From: Octopus sinensis
Taxonomy: Eukaryota
Assembly (NCBI RefSeq): GCF_006345805.1
Contig: NC_042998.1
Location: 111,786,001 to 111,850,000 of the forward strand
Direction: 5' to 3'
DNA: 64,000 bases
In this document: positions 26,493 to 41,012 of the stretch, one piece after another
Position numbering within the stretch: the stretch's first letter is position 1
How the letters are laid out: every line of letters starts with the position of its first letter
Notes under the pieces: generated by a model
What the model saw: the letters and a program-made list of their open reading frames with translations, nothing else
Database searches by the model: none
What the model was told of the DNA's origin: nothing
Position numbers and translations under genes: made by a program

Positions 26493-27025
26493 GTCAAGGG
26501 TCTTCTCTCCGCGTATAAATCTTTATACACTCTTATATAAATTATTTTATGACTTATGACTTTTATTAACCATGCGAACTACTGGTAATAAATTATTTAA
26601 ATATTTTACCCTTATACCTCTGCAGTAAATTTTTCCAATTCTTAAGCTATATAGTACACAATTTAAATTAATTTACTGCTGTGCTATTCTGACTACGCTT
26701 GCGCACTAAGTTTGAATCCATAATGTATAGAGGGGTGTCTTGCGTATGTGTTTGCCTCGTGTTTTCCATACGTATTACAACTACATAATTATGCATTCTT
26801 TAACGATCCTACTGACGAGCTACAGATACCAAATTAATCTATTTGGTCATTAATAGCGAAACTCGAGTATACGGTTGACTAATATTTTATTCACTCTAGT
26901 GCTTATTAGCAGCGTGCCATTAAGAATTCCTTTTTTCGTGGTTTGGGTTTAACTTCCCTTTTTAGCATGCAAGAAGTCCTGTCAGGAGTCTTCTCTCCGT
27001 GTATAAATCTTTATACACTCTTATA

Positions 27026-27027
<2 letters not shown>
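26491..27027 (+). mobile_element. 488-bp terminally redundant, hammerhead-containing non-autonomous element (retrozyme-like or solo PLE pseudo-LTR)
   Basis: GTCTTCTCTCCG(C/T)GTATAAATCTTTATACACTCTTATAT repeated at ~26500 and ~26988 (period 488); no ORF; internal hammerhead. Confidence 0.7.
26808..26874 (+). ncRNA. Type I minimal hammerhead ribozyme, intact core
   Basis: CCTA-CTGACGA-GCTA...TAGC-GAAA-CTCGAG-TA^TACGG. Stem II GCTA/TAGC plus inner ACCAAAT/ATTTGGT; palindromic stem III ACTCGAGT; GUA triplet; predicted cleavage 26869^26870. Confidence 0.8.
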
Positions 27028-27067
<40 letters not shown>

Positions 27068-27801
27068 TTCTTCAAACTTTGATCTATAGTTGTTTGAAAT
27101 GAATACTTAGCACACCAATCTCACCAATCCCAGAGACTCGGCAAGTCTGGACACTGCTGCTCTAATACACTGATAAGTTTATTGGTGAAAAATTATTTGA
27201 GTCGAGAGGTTTGTACGATTACGGATATTAAGAAGGAGATAAACAGGAGTGGTCGGAATTGGTATAATCTACTTCAGCTATATAGAGTTTCTCTCTCTCC
27301 TCCCCTTTCTCTCCCACACACGCACGTACACACACACATACACACACACAGGCATTAATTCCCATACGTACTCACACACATATATACGTACATATCAGCA
27401 TATAAAGAGATACATGCATGATGGCTGAAACTCAGTTTCAAGCAACACTCTCGCTTGGTTGCCTCTTAAAGCATCATAGATGTGGCTTTTCCTCTTTTGC
27501 AGAAATGTGGTAACGATGGCCGAGTTTTGCAGCAGATGTTTAGAGTTACTAGCATTCATTCCATCATGGAAATTTTCCATTGTGTGTTTTGCTTTTTTTT
27601 AGCTACGGCCAGTATACAACACAAAATAAAAATGTTAGAGACGCTTGTGCCTGAAGTCTTTTTATTTAATGATGAAAGACCTTGCACAGGACCAATCTCA
27701 CTCTCTAAACAACATATGCATTTGCCTCAAAAGAAGAACCAGCCTACATCAATGGATTCAAACAAAGTCACAGATGTTACACCAGAGTTTTCCATCTAGA
27801 G

Positions 27802-28152
27802 CTGTGGTTCTCAACCGAGGTCCATATGTCCCCTAAGGGTCCTATATTAGATTTTTGGGGTCCACCCAGCAAAATACTAAGCTGGGGATCAACGATAGTA
27901 TTTTTAGGGCCCCTGAAAAAATTTTGCTTCAGGTGTATGTATTGGTATGTATTGCAAGAAACAGTTAGGTTTCTTTCTCTAACATTTTACATAGTTCAAC
28001 TTACACAAATTAATATGTTAAAAACAAAATAGGAATTTTGAGAGAAGTTTCTATACAACTAGTTTTTAAAAATCAAATGGCAATGAAGGGGCCACCAGAA
28101 TAAAATAGTAATTAAAAGGGTCCATAGATAAAAAAAAGGTTGAGAACCCCTG
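27802..28152. mobile_element. hAT (Charlie-like) MITE with 8-bp TSD ATCTAGAG
   Basis: TIRs CTGTGGTTCTCAACC and GGTTGAGAACCCCTG; ATCTAGAG at 27794-27801 and 28153-28160. Confidence 0.9.
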
Positions 28153-28395
28153 ATCTAGAGGGATGTCTAAACAAAGAACAGGGGCCTCTCGCTCATAGCT
28201 GTTCAATTGCCATTAACTCCACTGAGTTCATCAACACTTTGACAGTTTTGCTTTTCGTCCGGCAAGTTGTCCAAAGAAAACATCCCACTTTACCGAAGGG
28301 GCTTAGTAGGATTGCCGGTTTAACCGGCAACAGTCCGACCGACACGTTGTGCAGGGTTACATGTTATCAGAAGCACTTAGAATGACCTGATATAA

Positions 28396-29070
28396 CATAC
28401 ATGCATACATGCATACATACATACATACATACATACATACATACATACACACACACATACACATACATACATACATACATACATACATACATACATACAC
28501 ACATACACACACACATGCATATAAACATCCAGGTATACTTGTATGCAAGCGTACATACTTACATATAAGCAGGCATTCTTAAAAACATTTATACATACAT
28601 TTATACATGCATGTATTTATATAAAGATGTACGCATACACCCATACAAACATACACAAATAAATGCATACCTACCTACAAACTTATACATATACATACAC
28701 CCTCAAATCCACTCTCATAGACACTCACATGCAAGCACATGAGCACATACATATATACATTCATACACGCGAACATATAAACGTACATACAAGCATACAT
28801 GCACACATACATAAATAAACATACACACATACACACATAATACATACATGTGCATGTGTGTGTGTGCATGAACACACATATAAACTTATAAACATAAACA
28901 CACTCATCGTTACATCCGTTCGTCCATACATACATGCACACACATACACGCATGCATGCATGCATGCATGCATGCATACATACATACATACATACATACA
29001 TACATACATACATACATACATACATACATACATACATACACATACATACTTACATAAGTATGTACGTACA
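28396..29070. repeat. Long degenerate (CATA)n/(CA)n tract
   Basis: Seen directly. Confidence 0.95.
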
Positions 29071-29799
29071 CGAGTTTGGGTCTATCTTGTCTTTTAAAAT
29101 TGCTTTCAGTGCATTATTGATTCTTTTACGAGATATACCAATACTGTAACATCCATTTGCAGGCTCAAAATAAGATTAGTTTCGGCGGTCTTGAGTCAAG
29201 CATTCTCACATGTGAAGCTCAAAGCAGCTGGATTTGCTTAGAAAACGAACATGGCACTTCTGAGAAGTTTTGTTTATGAAATATTGTCCTCCGACTTATG
29301 CCTAACATATTCATTAGGCTAGACATGTAAAAATGACTGAGATTTTACAAATAAGATTGGCACACTTCCCACGTTTCAACCCCATATAGGAATGATGACA
29401 GTCATATTAACTTTAATTTGTACTAGCAATGCAAAACTTTCCACTGTCCCAAATCTGTGTTACAGTTTTCTGCCATATGGCAGAAAGCCTGCAGAACACT
29501 TCTTCATGATATTTACTTTATGGACAGATATAATGACAGATTGCAAGCAAAAATTAAGAATTTAAATGTCTTTAAACTACTGTCTGCAAATGCTTTCTTG
29601 TTATCAACACTACAAGTAAGGAAAGTGCTGTATCAACTTTTCTTAGGACATGCACTGTGTGTATTCCTTGGTGTAAAAGTGCGTGGGGCAGAACTCAAAA
29701 AGTGTATATAACCTTGAATGTCTTGCAGGTGCACTGTCCTCAAATGCCTGCATTGATGACAAAATGTCATCATGTATTGGTAAGGCGACATACGCGCGC

Positions 29800-29813
29800 A
29801 CACACATGCATAG

Positions 29814-29865
<52 letters not shown>

Positions 29866-30292
29866 ATACATACATACATACATACATACAGACTTACATA
29901 GACAAAGACACATACATACATAATACATACGTACATACATACATACATATACACACATACATACATACATACATACACATACATACATACACACACACAT
30001 ACATACATACATACATACATACATACATACATACATACATACATACATACATACATAGACAGATAGACAGATAGACAGACAGACAGATAGCTAGCTAGCT
30101 AGATAGATAGACAGATAGATAGATAGATAGATACATACATACATACATACATACATACACACATACATACATGCATACGTACGGACATACATACATACAT
30201 ACATACATACATACATACATACATACATACATACATACGTAGACAGTTAGACAGACAGACAGATAGCTAGCTAGCAAGCGAGATAGATAGAC

Positions 30293-30326
<34 letters not shown>

Positions 30327-30367
30327 GTAGATACATACATACATACATACATACATACATACGTACG

Positions 30368-30401
<34 letters not shown>

Positions 30402-30430
30402 CATACATACATACATACACACACACATAC
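29800..30430. repeat. Compound (GATA)n/(CATA)n/(GACA)n tract
   Basis: Seen directly. Confidence 0.95.
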
Positions 30431-30538
30431 ATAAGAAGAATTATCACTGGTATAACCTATATAGGTGCAAAAATGGAAAGACGTGATTGACTGTAAAATA
30501 AAACTGTATATAGAAATCTCTGTTCTCCTTACTATTAA

Positions 30539-30599
<61 letters not shown>

Positions 30600-30929
30600 T
30601 GGCATAACTAAGTACGATCTTAGTTGCTATAATCATAACATTTCTGTCGTTGTACCATCCGATGTTTTACAGGTGCCTGTCGTATTTGATGACGCTCATG
30701 GAATTCGAACCAAATCCTTCACTAAACCAATAGATGTAGATTGTTTTCATTCTGTCGTCCATACTAGCTATTATTAGATTTTTTTATGCTACTTGTGATG
30801 CTCGTTGTTTGTTATGCTTCAGTCAGAGAGTATATAGCCTGTGTGACTCAGGGACTGAACTCGCGCCCATTTACTAACTAACCTACGAGATTTAACAGTT
30901 AATCACCATTTACACATACTATCCGATTG

Positions 30930-31790
30930 TCCCACATGTATTTTGTCTTACGATTCTTCAAAGCAGAAACTAAATCATTCGTAATCATACATCTACTTTA
31001 TGCTATTAATTGTGAACTGGATTCACTTTCAGCAAATGACCTGCAGGCAATTATCGATAGATTTCTGGATATCCACACCGTAATGAGACTCAAGATAAAG
31101 TTTACCAAAAACAAATGTGATAAAGTTATAAACCTTCCTGTCCCAGGGAGCCCTCACCGTGTGCCGCGAATATTTGTATTTGGTATGAAACTAACAGGGT
31201 TCGATCGAGACATTTGCCTTACTTGTAGCTGTTGGGAGCTTGAGTATGATCAAAAAGTACTTACTGCTAATAGTAATGCCACGCAGTACTGAGTGTTTAT
31301 GAGCTTTGTGTCATTACAATCCTTCTTTGAGGACATGGAACATGGACGGCTTTCCTCAGAATTCACTAAGGTATTTTATTAGGAATATCTTGGAAAAATA
31401 TAACGTCCGCTTCGGAAGTATATGAACGATCCAAGAAACTAAGCAAAAAAGTTGTTTTGTGAGTAGATTGAGATGGGTTGGTCAGGTTATCAGAGCTAAA
31501 GGATTGTAGGTTCCCCAAGCAAACTTTTTAATGGAGTATTAATGGACTGTAAGAAGCCTCAAAGCAAGCCTATGAAGAAATTTATAAATTGAGGCCTGAC
31601 CTAAGAGAAATAGGAATTAGAATTAAGAGCTGGGAAAGATTAACAAAAAATTGTACGGAAGGAGTAAGCAGACTAATGAGAGTGGTGGAACAATGGTAAC
31701 TGAAACTATCTACCGTACAAAGTTGCTTTATGCAGCATACTAGATAAAAGAAAATGCAACACAGACCGGGCAATAAGATTTAACATGTAT
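30930..31790 (+). mobile_element. RTE-clade (BovB-like) LINE 3' fragment
   Basis: LQAIIDRF...PVPGSP...IFVFGMKL followed by RLRWVGQVIR-like and KP.K-like C-terminal motifs across frameshifts. Confidence 0.65.
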
Positions 31791-33562
31791 CTGCCTATAT
31801 CACGCTCTATCTAAGGTTGGACTGGTTAAATTTTCAAGAGCCCAGCTTGTAAATTATCTTTGGTCGAAGTCAATTTAAATATAAATATGTTAATTGAAAG
31901 ATAGCCCATAAATTGTACACTTCTGTAAGTCAACAACAGACTTTGCAAGTCATCTTAGATATTAAGATAAGGAGTCACTGCATCTTTAATAAGGACAAAA
32001 CGAAGCACAAAAGGTGATGCTACTCGGCAAAAAGAAGATTGTCGCCTTCTTTGTCTGTCTGTCTTATCTATCTATCTGTAACAAGAGACATGTTTGTCTG
32101 TATTTGGAAATTGCTGGCCTTTTGCAACAATTTCAAACGAATATATGTACACATACATAGCTGGTAAACTACATTCACGCATGCACACATTCATATGTAC
32201 ATACATAAGCACACACGCACTTGCGTGTGTATGTGTGTGTGTGTGCATTTGTGTGTGTGTGTTTATGTTAGAGTACCATCCACTTACTGGCGATAGGGTA
32301 CCCATTTTCTTTACACTCTCTCTCCTTGAAGGGCTACTTAAAAGAAGTTGGCTAGAGTTTCATCAGAGAATGAAATCTCAGTTTTGAATAATTAAAAACC
32401 CGCCAATCAATCATACTAGTTATTTCACCTTTGAAAATAGACTAAATAGAAAACTATCTGTTTGCCATTGTCAGAAGAAGGCCATAAAGAGAACGATAAT
32501 TAATATATTAGAAGTTGGACTTATAAAAATTTTGGAAGTTTGAAAATTATCCTTAATCGGCAAGTCCACCTGAAAAAAATTTTGAGTCCATCCTCACCGA
32601 CACCTATACTACACTCCAGGTTGTTGCCACTCATATTCGCCACCACTTCTTTTTATATTGTTACAGTGTAGATACAAGCAATCACAATATCAAATTCGTG
32701 GAGAGGTGTGAACGGCGAACAAAATTAAAGATTGTACACGTTCGATCTACGCTTTAGCCAGGACTATAGTTAAGTCGTGTGCAAGGAAAGCCAGACATGA
32801 CTCAATAATTTCAAAGATTTCGAGTAAAATATATTTTAAAGGCGTAAACATAGAGAGCTTCATAAATTGAAAACATGCTGAAAACATGCTGTGATTCTGG
32901 CCGCAACTAAAGAAAGCAAAAAACGAAAAGAATCAAAGTCGATATGGAAAAGATTTTAAGCGGCTGAAATATATTCTAGGCAAGAATTCCTAAGTAGGCA
33001 CCAGGCCAAAAGATTGGATTAAATCCATTTCTGTGTTTGAATTGTGGTTATGTTAGCGAATTAAGAATGGGGCAAAATATGCCAAGGGAGATAACTAACA
33101 ATCGTGTCTGCCAAGCCACTGCTCTTCGTACCGAAATATAAACAATAACAATGAATTTTAAAAAATAATTTTGTCTTCTTGTAATTACAAATAAATAAAG
33201 AGAGAGAAAGAACAAAGAATTCCCCACAAAACGATCGTTTTCAATGAGGCATTGTAAAGCTAGTTAAGCGTATCATTGTACTCGCTTCCCGCCTATAAAA
33301 ACAATTCTTAATCAACAAAGCAGGAAATTATAACGATTCATCGACTCAAAAAATTGGATATTCCTACAAGGATGTTAATGTAATGATTATCAAGTAACAA
33401 TAAATTCAGTCGATTCGATCCAGAATCTCAAGCTAAGGAGAAGTCAACCAGGGAGCCTGATTTCCTATCGAATCTAAATATATACGGTTACAATTATGTA
33501 TTTATATTACGAAGTACAGACGAATGTACATGTATATGTATACATATCAATCTATCGACCTG

Positions 33563-33790
<228 letters not shown>

Positions 33791-33915
33791 AACTGAAACA
33801 TGCTCTCTCCCAACAAAGACATTTGCCTATCAGTACCGTCTAATCGTTCACTCCTGTATAGCACGCACGTACACACACGCGTGCGAGCACGCACAGAAAT
33901 TGATAAGGGACTTAC

Positions 33916-34086
33916 TTGTGTTATAATTTCCATCACATCAACTTTCGACGATTTAGTGGGACCAAATATTTGTATATTAAAAGCTGCAATTTTAAAAAAT
34001 CGGGTATTTTTGTTTGAATAAGCTGCGTCTATGGTTGATGCAATCGCCCCAATTAGCAGCACCAGGGAAATAATGGTAGCAGGCAT
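33916..34086 (-). CDS. DNASE1: DNase I-family secreted endonuclease, coding exon 1 (signal peptide + AAFNIQIFG motif)
   Basis: Translates MPATIISLVLLIGAIASTIDAAYSNKNTRFFKIAAFNIQIFGPTKSSKVDVMEIITQ: a hydrophobic leader followed by the DNase I N-terminal motif. GTAAGT donor follows 33916 (phase 0). The symbol denotes the family, not proven orthology. Confidence 0.93.
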
Positions 34087-34289
34087 TCTTTAACGCTAAC
34101 CTGTTACTGTCAACAGTCAACTAACCAAGGTATACTATAAACTGGTGGTAGTGTTGACAAGGTACATGCTAAACGTATGAGAAAAACCTTCTCGCAGTTC
34201 CGTTTACTGACGTTTGCATTCACTGATGACGAACAGAAAGCCGAGCAGTTTATTTACATACACACACACATAACATGCACACATACATA

Positions 34290-34322
<33 letters not shown>

Positions 34323-34535
34323 CACGCACAAGCATACGCACGCACACGCACGCACTTAAGCACTGATACAAGCACTTAAGCACACTTATACAATTACATT
34401 CAATCATTCAAAAAACACACACACACACACACGCACCCCCCACACACACTCACGCATACATATTTATGACATTCATTCGCAAAATACACCCATTTACCCC
34501 AAATACACATGCGCACAAAGGCGCGCGAATACACA

Positions 34536-34595
<60 letters not shown>

Positions 34596-35355
34596 AAAAC
34601 GCGCGCGCGCAGATAGATATGGCGGTAGATGGTTAGGCGGGTGTTGCCTTATGTGTGTGTGTGGGTGTAAAAAAAGTTGCAATGGTATATTTAGATTATT
34701 TGACTGACTTTCATATTTAACCAATCACTGTTTGGACCGCATGACGGTGCATGTGGATGTATGCTCAAGTAATATGCAGCATACATTATGCAAACATAGA
34801 TACACATATTTATCGTGAGTGTGTACGTACATTTATATACACACTCATACACACACATATGATTTATAAGAGGGGGAGAGAGAGTGAGAGAATGAATAGG
34901 AAAGGGTGTTGCAAAATGAGAGAAGAGGGGAAGGAAATTAATTATTTACTTCCCTAACTATTTTGTTGTCTTATTATCCCTACACTCTCTTGCCTCTTCC
35001 TCCCTCTCTTGTCCTTACTCCTACTAAAGCTCTCTTTTCCTCTATGCATTTGATCTGAAGCAAAAAGCTGAGATGTTTATATGCAGGCATAATATATGTG
35101 AAATGTCTCCGTGTGTGTTTGTGTGCGTGTATGTGTTTATGGTTGTGTGTGAATGTGTAAGTGCTTCTGTGTGGGCACACACACACACGCACACTTTTTG
35201 TCTTTAGTGTAGTATTTATTCTAACGGACCTTTTGCCGAACTGCTAAGTTACGAAGGTGTAAACTCACCAACACTGGTTGTCAAGTAGTTCAAGGAGGAG
35301 AGAGGAAGACACAAACACTAACACACATTCATTATACACACACCTACACACATAT

Positions 35356-35390
<35 letters not shown>

Positions 35391-35999
35391 TACGTATGTT
35401 TGCATGTATGTATGCAAATTAGCTGTGAAGTAAGTAAAGTGACTTAAGCGTCGTGTATGGTCCTTCTTAAACTTATGAAGAAACTTTTATATAAACACAC
35501 ACGTATTAGGTCCTGGTAGAGTATAAAGATGGGGCATTTCTAGAGAAGCTCTCAACCCGAATTCTGGGCTATCAACATGGTCGGATTCCAGACTAATACC
35601 GAAATTCTTCAAGGGTAAAACTATTGTGTGGGTGTAGCGAAGAGTAAAATATAATCCAAATTATAAGACATGGAAATCTTTAATGATGTGTTAAAGGATT
35701 TCTTTGCCTTCTTATTAACACATCATTAACATCATTTAACACATCATCAAAGATGTGTGTGTGTGTGTGTATAATACACACACTCACACACACACACAGA
35801 CACACACACACATATATATATGTGTGTGTGTGTGTGTGTATAATACACACACTCACACACACACACAGACACACACACACATATATATATGTGTGTGTGT
35901 GTGTGTGTGTATGTGTATTTATGTTTGTTTGTGTGTGTGTGCATGTGACTACATAATTATTGTTGTTGTTATTTTTTAACTTTTAACCTGCATGTTTGT

Positions 36000-37620
36000 T
36001 ACAGTCACTTGCCGAGACACACCCAGCTCCTAGGACGAGTGAAGGGTAAGAGATGTCACAGCATGACTGAAAGCTTGAGGAGGCAAAGGGGGTAGTAGCA
36101 GAATATCTTTATGTAATACAACACAGACATTTAAAAGGATAGGGTTTTTCTAAGGATATGGGCAGTACTTGTCAGCAGAATCTTTTGGATTTCTCTGAGA
36201 CATGGTTCTCCTGGGATCTGGTTCGGTCTGGACCTCCAGACGGACAAAAACTGGGACGAGGTAACGAGCAGGGTGACTACTCTCATCCAGAAATGGTCCG
36301 AGAGAAAGCTATCTCTGAAAGGTGGAGCAGAGGTGGCTAACGTCTATATCGTGTCCGTCATCTACTATCGCTTGACCGTCATGCCTTGTCCCGGCCACCG
36401 TCTGGTTACATTGGAACATATATTCTTTCGCTTCTTGTAGAAGGGACGCGTGCCAATGGTCAGGCGGTGTATCTGCTGTCAACAGCCGCTGTATGGTGGT
36501 CTGGGCATGCTGTGGTTAATGATGTGCAGACATGCACTGAGGCTACGACATCTCCAGATACGACGTTCGCCAGATACGTATTTCCGTAGCTAGTTTCTTT
36601 AACAGAGCTGCAGTCCTGGGTAAAACAGAGACCAAGAGGGCGCATTTGGAAAGCGGAATGTCTTCAAGCGCTCACAGTCCTCTGCCTATCAGACTCTGCG
36701 ATAGGGGAAACGTCCACTTTAGCTTTTTATAGAGGATTAGTGGAGGGAAAATGCGACGACGTTCTTGGGAAGACCTTGGGTGTCGAAGAAGATCAGCTAG
36801 TCGCTCTTTTCCGGAGATCTTTCGGCCTGAGACCGATGGATAATTTCCAAAAATCTCTGGCCTGACAGTGCTACCGAGGAGCTTTGCCTGTTCGAGATAA
36901 ACTTTACAGGTACCGGAAGTGTCGTCAGCTGAGCATGTCCAAGATGCGCAGAGGACGACGAGGCGGTCCTGTATGCACTCGCCCAGTGCCCGAGCATTGC
37001 TGACCTGTGCGTTTATGACGAGAACACGCTATCGCGTGTAGGACGGATCCAACTGACAACTGAATCCATCGTGAAGATCGCGTCTCCACTTTCCTTTAGC
37101 CGGGAAGGAAAGGCTGTTTTTATATGCCTGGTGGCCATGGCGAAAGAGGTTGTATGATAGACAAGGTAAAGGAGCTGAAGACAAACACTTTTCTCTTTGG
37201 CCAATCTCTAATCAACTTCTTCAAGTTTCAGTTTAAAAGAGAAATAAGGGTAGGGAGGTAAGTGTGGTCTTCAAGCCAGTTTGCTGAAAGGTGGATGAAA
37301 GTTGTGAGAATGGTGCAAGTGAACGGGCCTGCCCTGAGTATACGCCTGTTGTTGGAAAAAAAGAAAAAGGAAAAAAGGCACCTGCCCCAAGAGTGAGGGT
37401 ACCCATGGTTTTTATGGGTTTTTTTTCTATGGGTAGCCCTCGAACGTCTCCTTCATATTGAGGATTACACATCGTTGATGTTTTTTTTTTAAATTTCGTT
37501 AGTCTTTTTTACACGCAAAACCCTCACTACACACACACACACACACACATTTCTTTTTGTTTTGTCCTGTACTGTTCATAATGTTTTTTTTAATGTAAAC
37601 CCTTGAGGTTAATAAAAGAA
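36000..37620 (+). mobile_element. L1/Tx1-clade LINE 3' fragment with 3' UTR
   Basis: RT remnants, RVPMVRRCICCQQPLYGGLGM and a CPRC...HALAQC zinc finger; AATAAA at ~37611. Confidence 0.8.
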
Positions 37621-37857
37621 ATCATAATTGCCTACGCCTTAGTGATGGCGGAGGTATTGTTTTCAGTCATGTTTGTTTGTCAAAGATTCTGGATTATTTT
37701 TCGTTTTTTTTTTTTACTTAATTTTTGAGAGCGGTCGGGTTCATTTTTAGCATTCTCGTTTATTTCAGATATTCTCATTTTAAAAGTCATCTCTGACTAA
37801 TCGCTGAGAGGACGTTGGTGTTGCCTTTTCGGAGGTTTACGCTCTCTGAGTGCTCTT

Positions 37858-37956
37858 ATTATTATTATCATTATCATTATCATTCTTCTTCTTCTTCTCT
37901 TCTTCTTCTTCTTCTTCTTCTTCTTCTTCTTCTTCTTCTTTCTTCTTCTTCTTCTT

Positions 37957-37987
<31 letters not shown>

Positions 37988-38060
37988 TTATTATTATTAT
38001 TATTATTATTATATTATTATTATTATTATTATTATTATATTATTATTATCATTATTATTA

Positions 38061-38145
<85 letters not shown>
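37858..38145. repeat. (TTC)n/(TAT)n trinucleotide array
   Basis: Seen directly. Confidence 0.97.
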
Positions 38146-38790
38146 TCAGACAGCGAGCTGGCAGAATTCAAATTCCGCCGAGGTCAACTTTGCCTTTCAT
38201 CCTTTCGGGGTCGATAAAATAAGTATCAGTTGAACACTAGGGTCGATGTGATTGGCTCATCTCCTCCCCCATATTTACTCCCTTTGAGGTAAAATTTGAA
38301 ACTATCATTATTATTGTTGTTGCTGTTGTTGTTGTTGTTGTTGTTGTTGTTATTAAAAGGGTGGCGAGCTGGCAGAATCGTTAACACACCGGGCGAAATG
38401 CTTAGCGGTATTTCGTCTGCTGCTACGTTCTGAGTTCAAATTCCACCGAGGTCGACTTTGCTTTCATCCTTTCAGAGTCGATTAAATAAGTACCAGTTAC
38501 GCACTGGGGTCAATATAATCGACTTAATCCGTTTGTCTTTCCTTGTCTGTCCCCTCTGTGTGTAGCCCCTTGTCGGAAGTAAAGAAATAAGAATCGTTAA
38601 CACGCTGGACGAAATGCTTAGTGGTATTTCGCCCGTTGCTACGTTCTGAGTTTACATTCCACTGAAATTGACTTTGCCTATCATCCTTCTGGGGTTGATA
38701 AATTAAGTACCTGTGAAACACTAGGGTCGATGTAATTGACTCATCCTTACCTCCTCCAAGCTGCCCTTGTGGAAAAAAATTTGAAATAAT
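38146..38790 (+). mobile_element. Cluster of three SINE family B copies or fragments
   Basis: Repeated GAGTTCAAATTCC(A/G)CCGAGGTC-type heads near 38160, 38430 and 38650. Confidence 0.85.
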
Positions 38791-39124
38791 AATAATTATT
38801 ATTAAAACCTATACAAATTCTGACCGCTTGTTGTTTCTTAGTTAAATTTTTTTCTCGTGAAATTTTTCGTCACATTTTTCCTGTGACCTTTTCAGTATGA
38901 TTTAGTTTTCAAATGATCTACCAAATAATTTTTCCTTTATGTTATGTTGTTATCTAACAGCTATGATAAATACATGAGCTGATGTAGTTTTACATTTTTG
39001 TAATTATTTATTTGTTTATCTATTGCTTTCGTTTGTTTTATATATCATTTAAATGTTAAAGTGACTTCCAAATCGCCTTGTATATGTATTATGCATGCAT
39101 ACATAATACATACATACATACATT

Positions 39125-39948
39125 GGGCGACGTCTGATGTATGTTTTATCATCTGATCTAAATATACAGAAGCGTAACTCCAAAGGATCTTGCGCCATTG
39201 AGCTTGGCTTTTTGCGAAATTAAGGCGTTTGAGTCGATTTCTTTCGGATATTATTGGCTTTTTCCTAGCGATTCGTCCATGTAGTCCAAATTCTCTCAAA
39301 CGGTTGCGGACGGTTTGTGGTGTAAAAATAAAACCATTCTCGTTGGACAATTGTTTACAAATGTCAATGTCTGTCAGCATTCGGTTGCCTTCCGAAAGTC
39401 GGTGGATTCGACGGTCCAACTGCGCCGTCGTTTTTCTTGGGGCGCCAGTCCTTTGCCGATCTTAATATTGACCAGTCTCCGAGTATAACTTCCACGCTTG
39501 CACGCAAGCCGTTTCACTGCACTTTAGTTGCTTGCTGATGTTCGAAAAGGAAACTTTTTGCTGGTGGAGTAATACGATTTTTGCTCTCGTGACTGGACTG
39601 AGGCTACGTTGTTTTCCCATTGTTAATCAATTGTATAATAACGTTAAATTATAACACTATATAGTGCAGTTAGGCTAGTTGTGTGACCACCCATTTTGGC
39701 AAAAAAAAAATTGCATACATATTACATGGTCTTAAACTAATTTTGCCGGTAAATTTGAAACGTTTATATTAATTTAGCATTAGAATTCTTCAAATTGTAA
39801 AAAAATAGTTACCGTCTGCATCATTCGAAAGAGAAATAAATTCTGCATAAGGTGCAAAAGATAAAAATAATTTTGTATGGTGTTAGTAACAAATATTTTG
39901 TAAGAAATAGAACTTTTATCATCGGTCTTAAATTTATTTTCGCCAGTG
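39125..39948 (-). mobile_element. Tc1-family transposon, 5' portion with IR/DR-type end
   Basis: TPQTVRNRLREFGLHGRIARKKP...WRKILWS. Terminal TA|CACTGGCGAAAATAAATTTAAGACC, with an inner related repeat at ~39725-39749. Confidence 0.82.
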
Positions 39949-41012
39949 TATGCTAATAGTCATTGGTGCACTTGGCTATGTTAGTGTCTAACTTGGAAAA
40001 GTTGGGACTTTCAAGCGAAAAAAGAGACTGGTACATACGAAAGTCACATATACAATCTGTAAATATAATGAAATGTAATTTAATGACGGGGGAACATGTG
40101 GTACCCTTTGGAGTAGTTTGTGGCTCCAGTGGCCACACGCTGGGCAACGGTTTCCACAGATCAGCTAAACCATGGTGAGGGTAACCGACGACTTTTAACC
40201 CTTGGTGAGCTAAGATTTGTCTACCTATCCATATGGAGACTGGACTCGGAGGACTGCGCAGAGAAAACTACTAGATTGGTTCAACGGACAAGAAGGCGAA
40301 CCAATAAGCGTTGTAAATTGCGAATAGGGTACAGTGAGACAAAGGACATTGTGACCACCCACTGCATCTTGACCTATCTCTAGTTGTCTTGACTTCGTCC
40401 TGTCACTGGAATCAGATAGGAAAGGACAAAAGAGTGAAGCAGACGATGTTGCGCAACCCTCATTTATTTAAACCCATGTCACGCGCATATCAAGACACAC
40501 TATCCCAGACCCACCTTCAAGTTCTGTGGCAATGGGCAAATGACAAAACAGCAGGTATGGATACGATCTGTAAATAAAACAGGAAAAGTATATGTCCTTC
40601 TTATAGCTCGATATACAATCTTCGTTACTTCATTCAAATTCTATTGATGAAACTTTTGTTTCTTCGTTAGAACCAACTCCCCGCTTCTACGAAGAATTCA
40701 AATAAAAGAAACAAAAAAAAGGCTAAGACGTGCATACATGTATATATAGCAAATACACAAACACATACATATATACACATACATATCTGTTGATTAAAAT
40801 GATAGTTTTGCAAGATTTAGAATTTGTCTGGCCACCTAAACGAATTCAAAGATAAAGAGCCTTTCGTTGATATGCCTTTTTAAAAAAGTTTTAGGTCAAG
40901 ATGTTTTTTTTAATATATATTTATCTTTGATTATATTGTTCTTCTTTGTCTTCATTAGATGTTCAGTTCTTAATTTTTGTCAGATCGTTAGTTCTTCATG
41001 TTTGGGTATATA

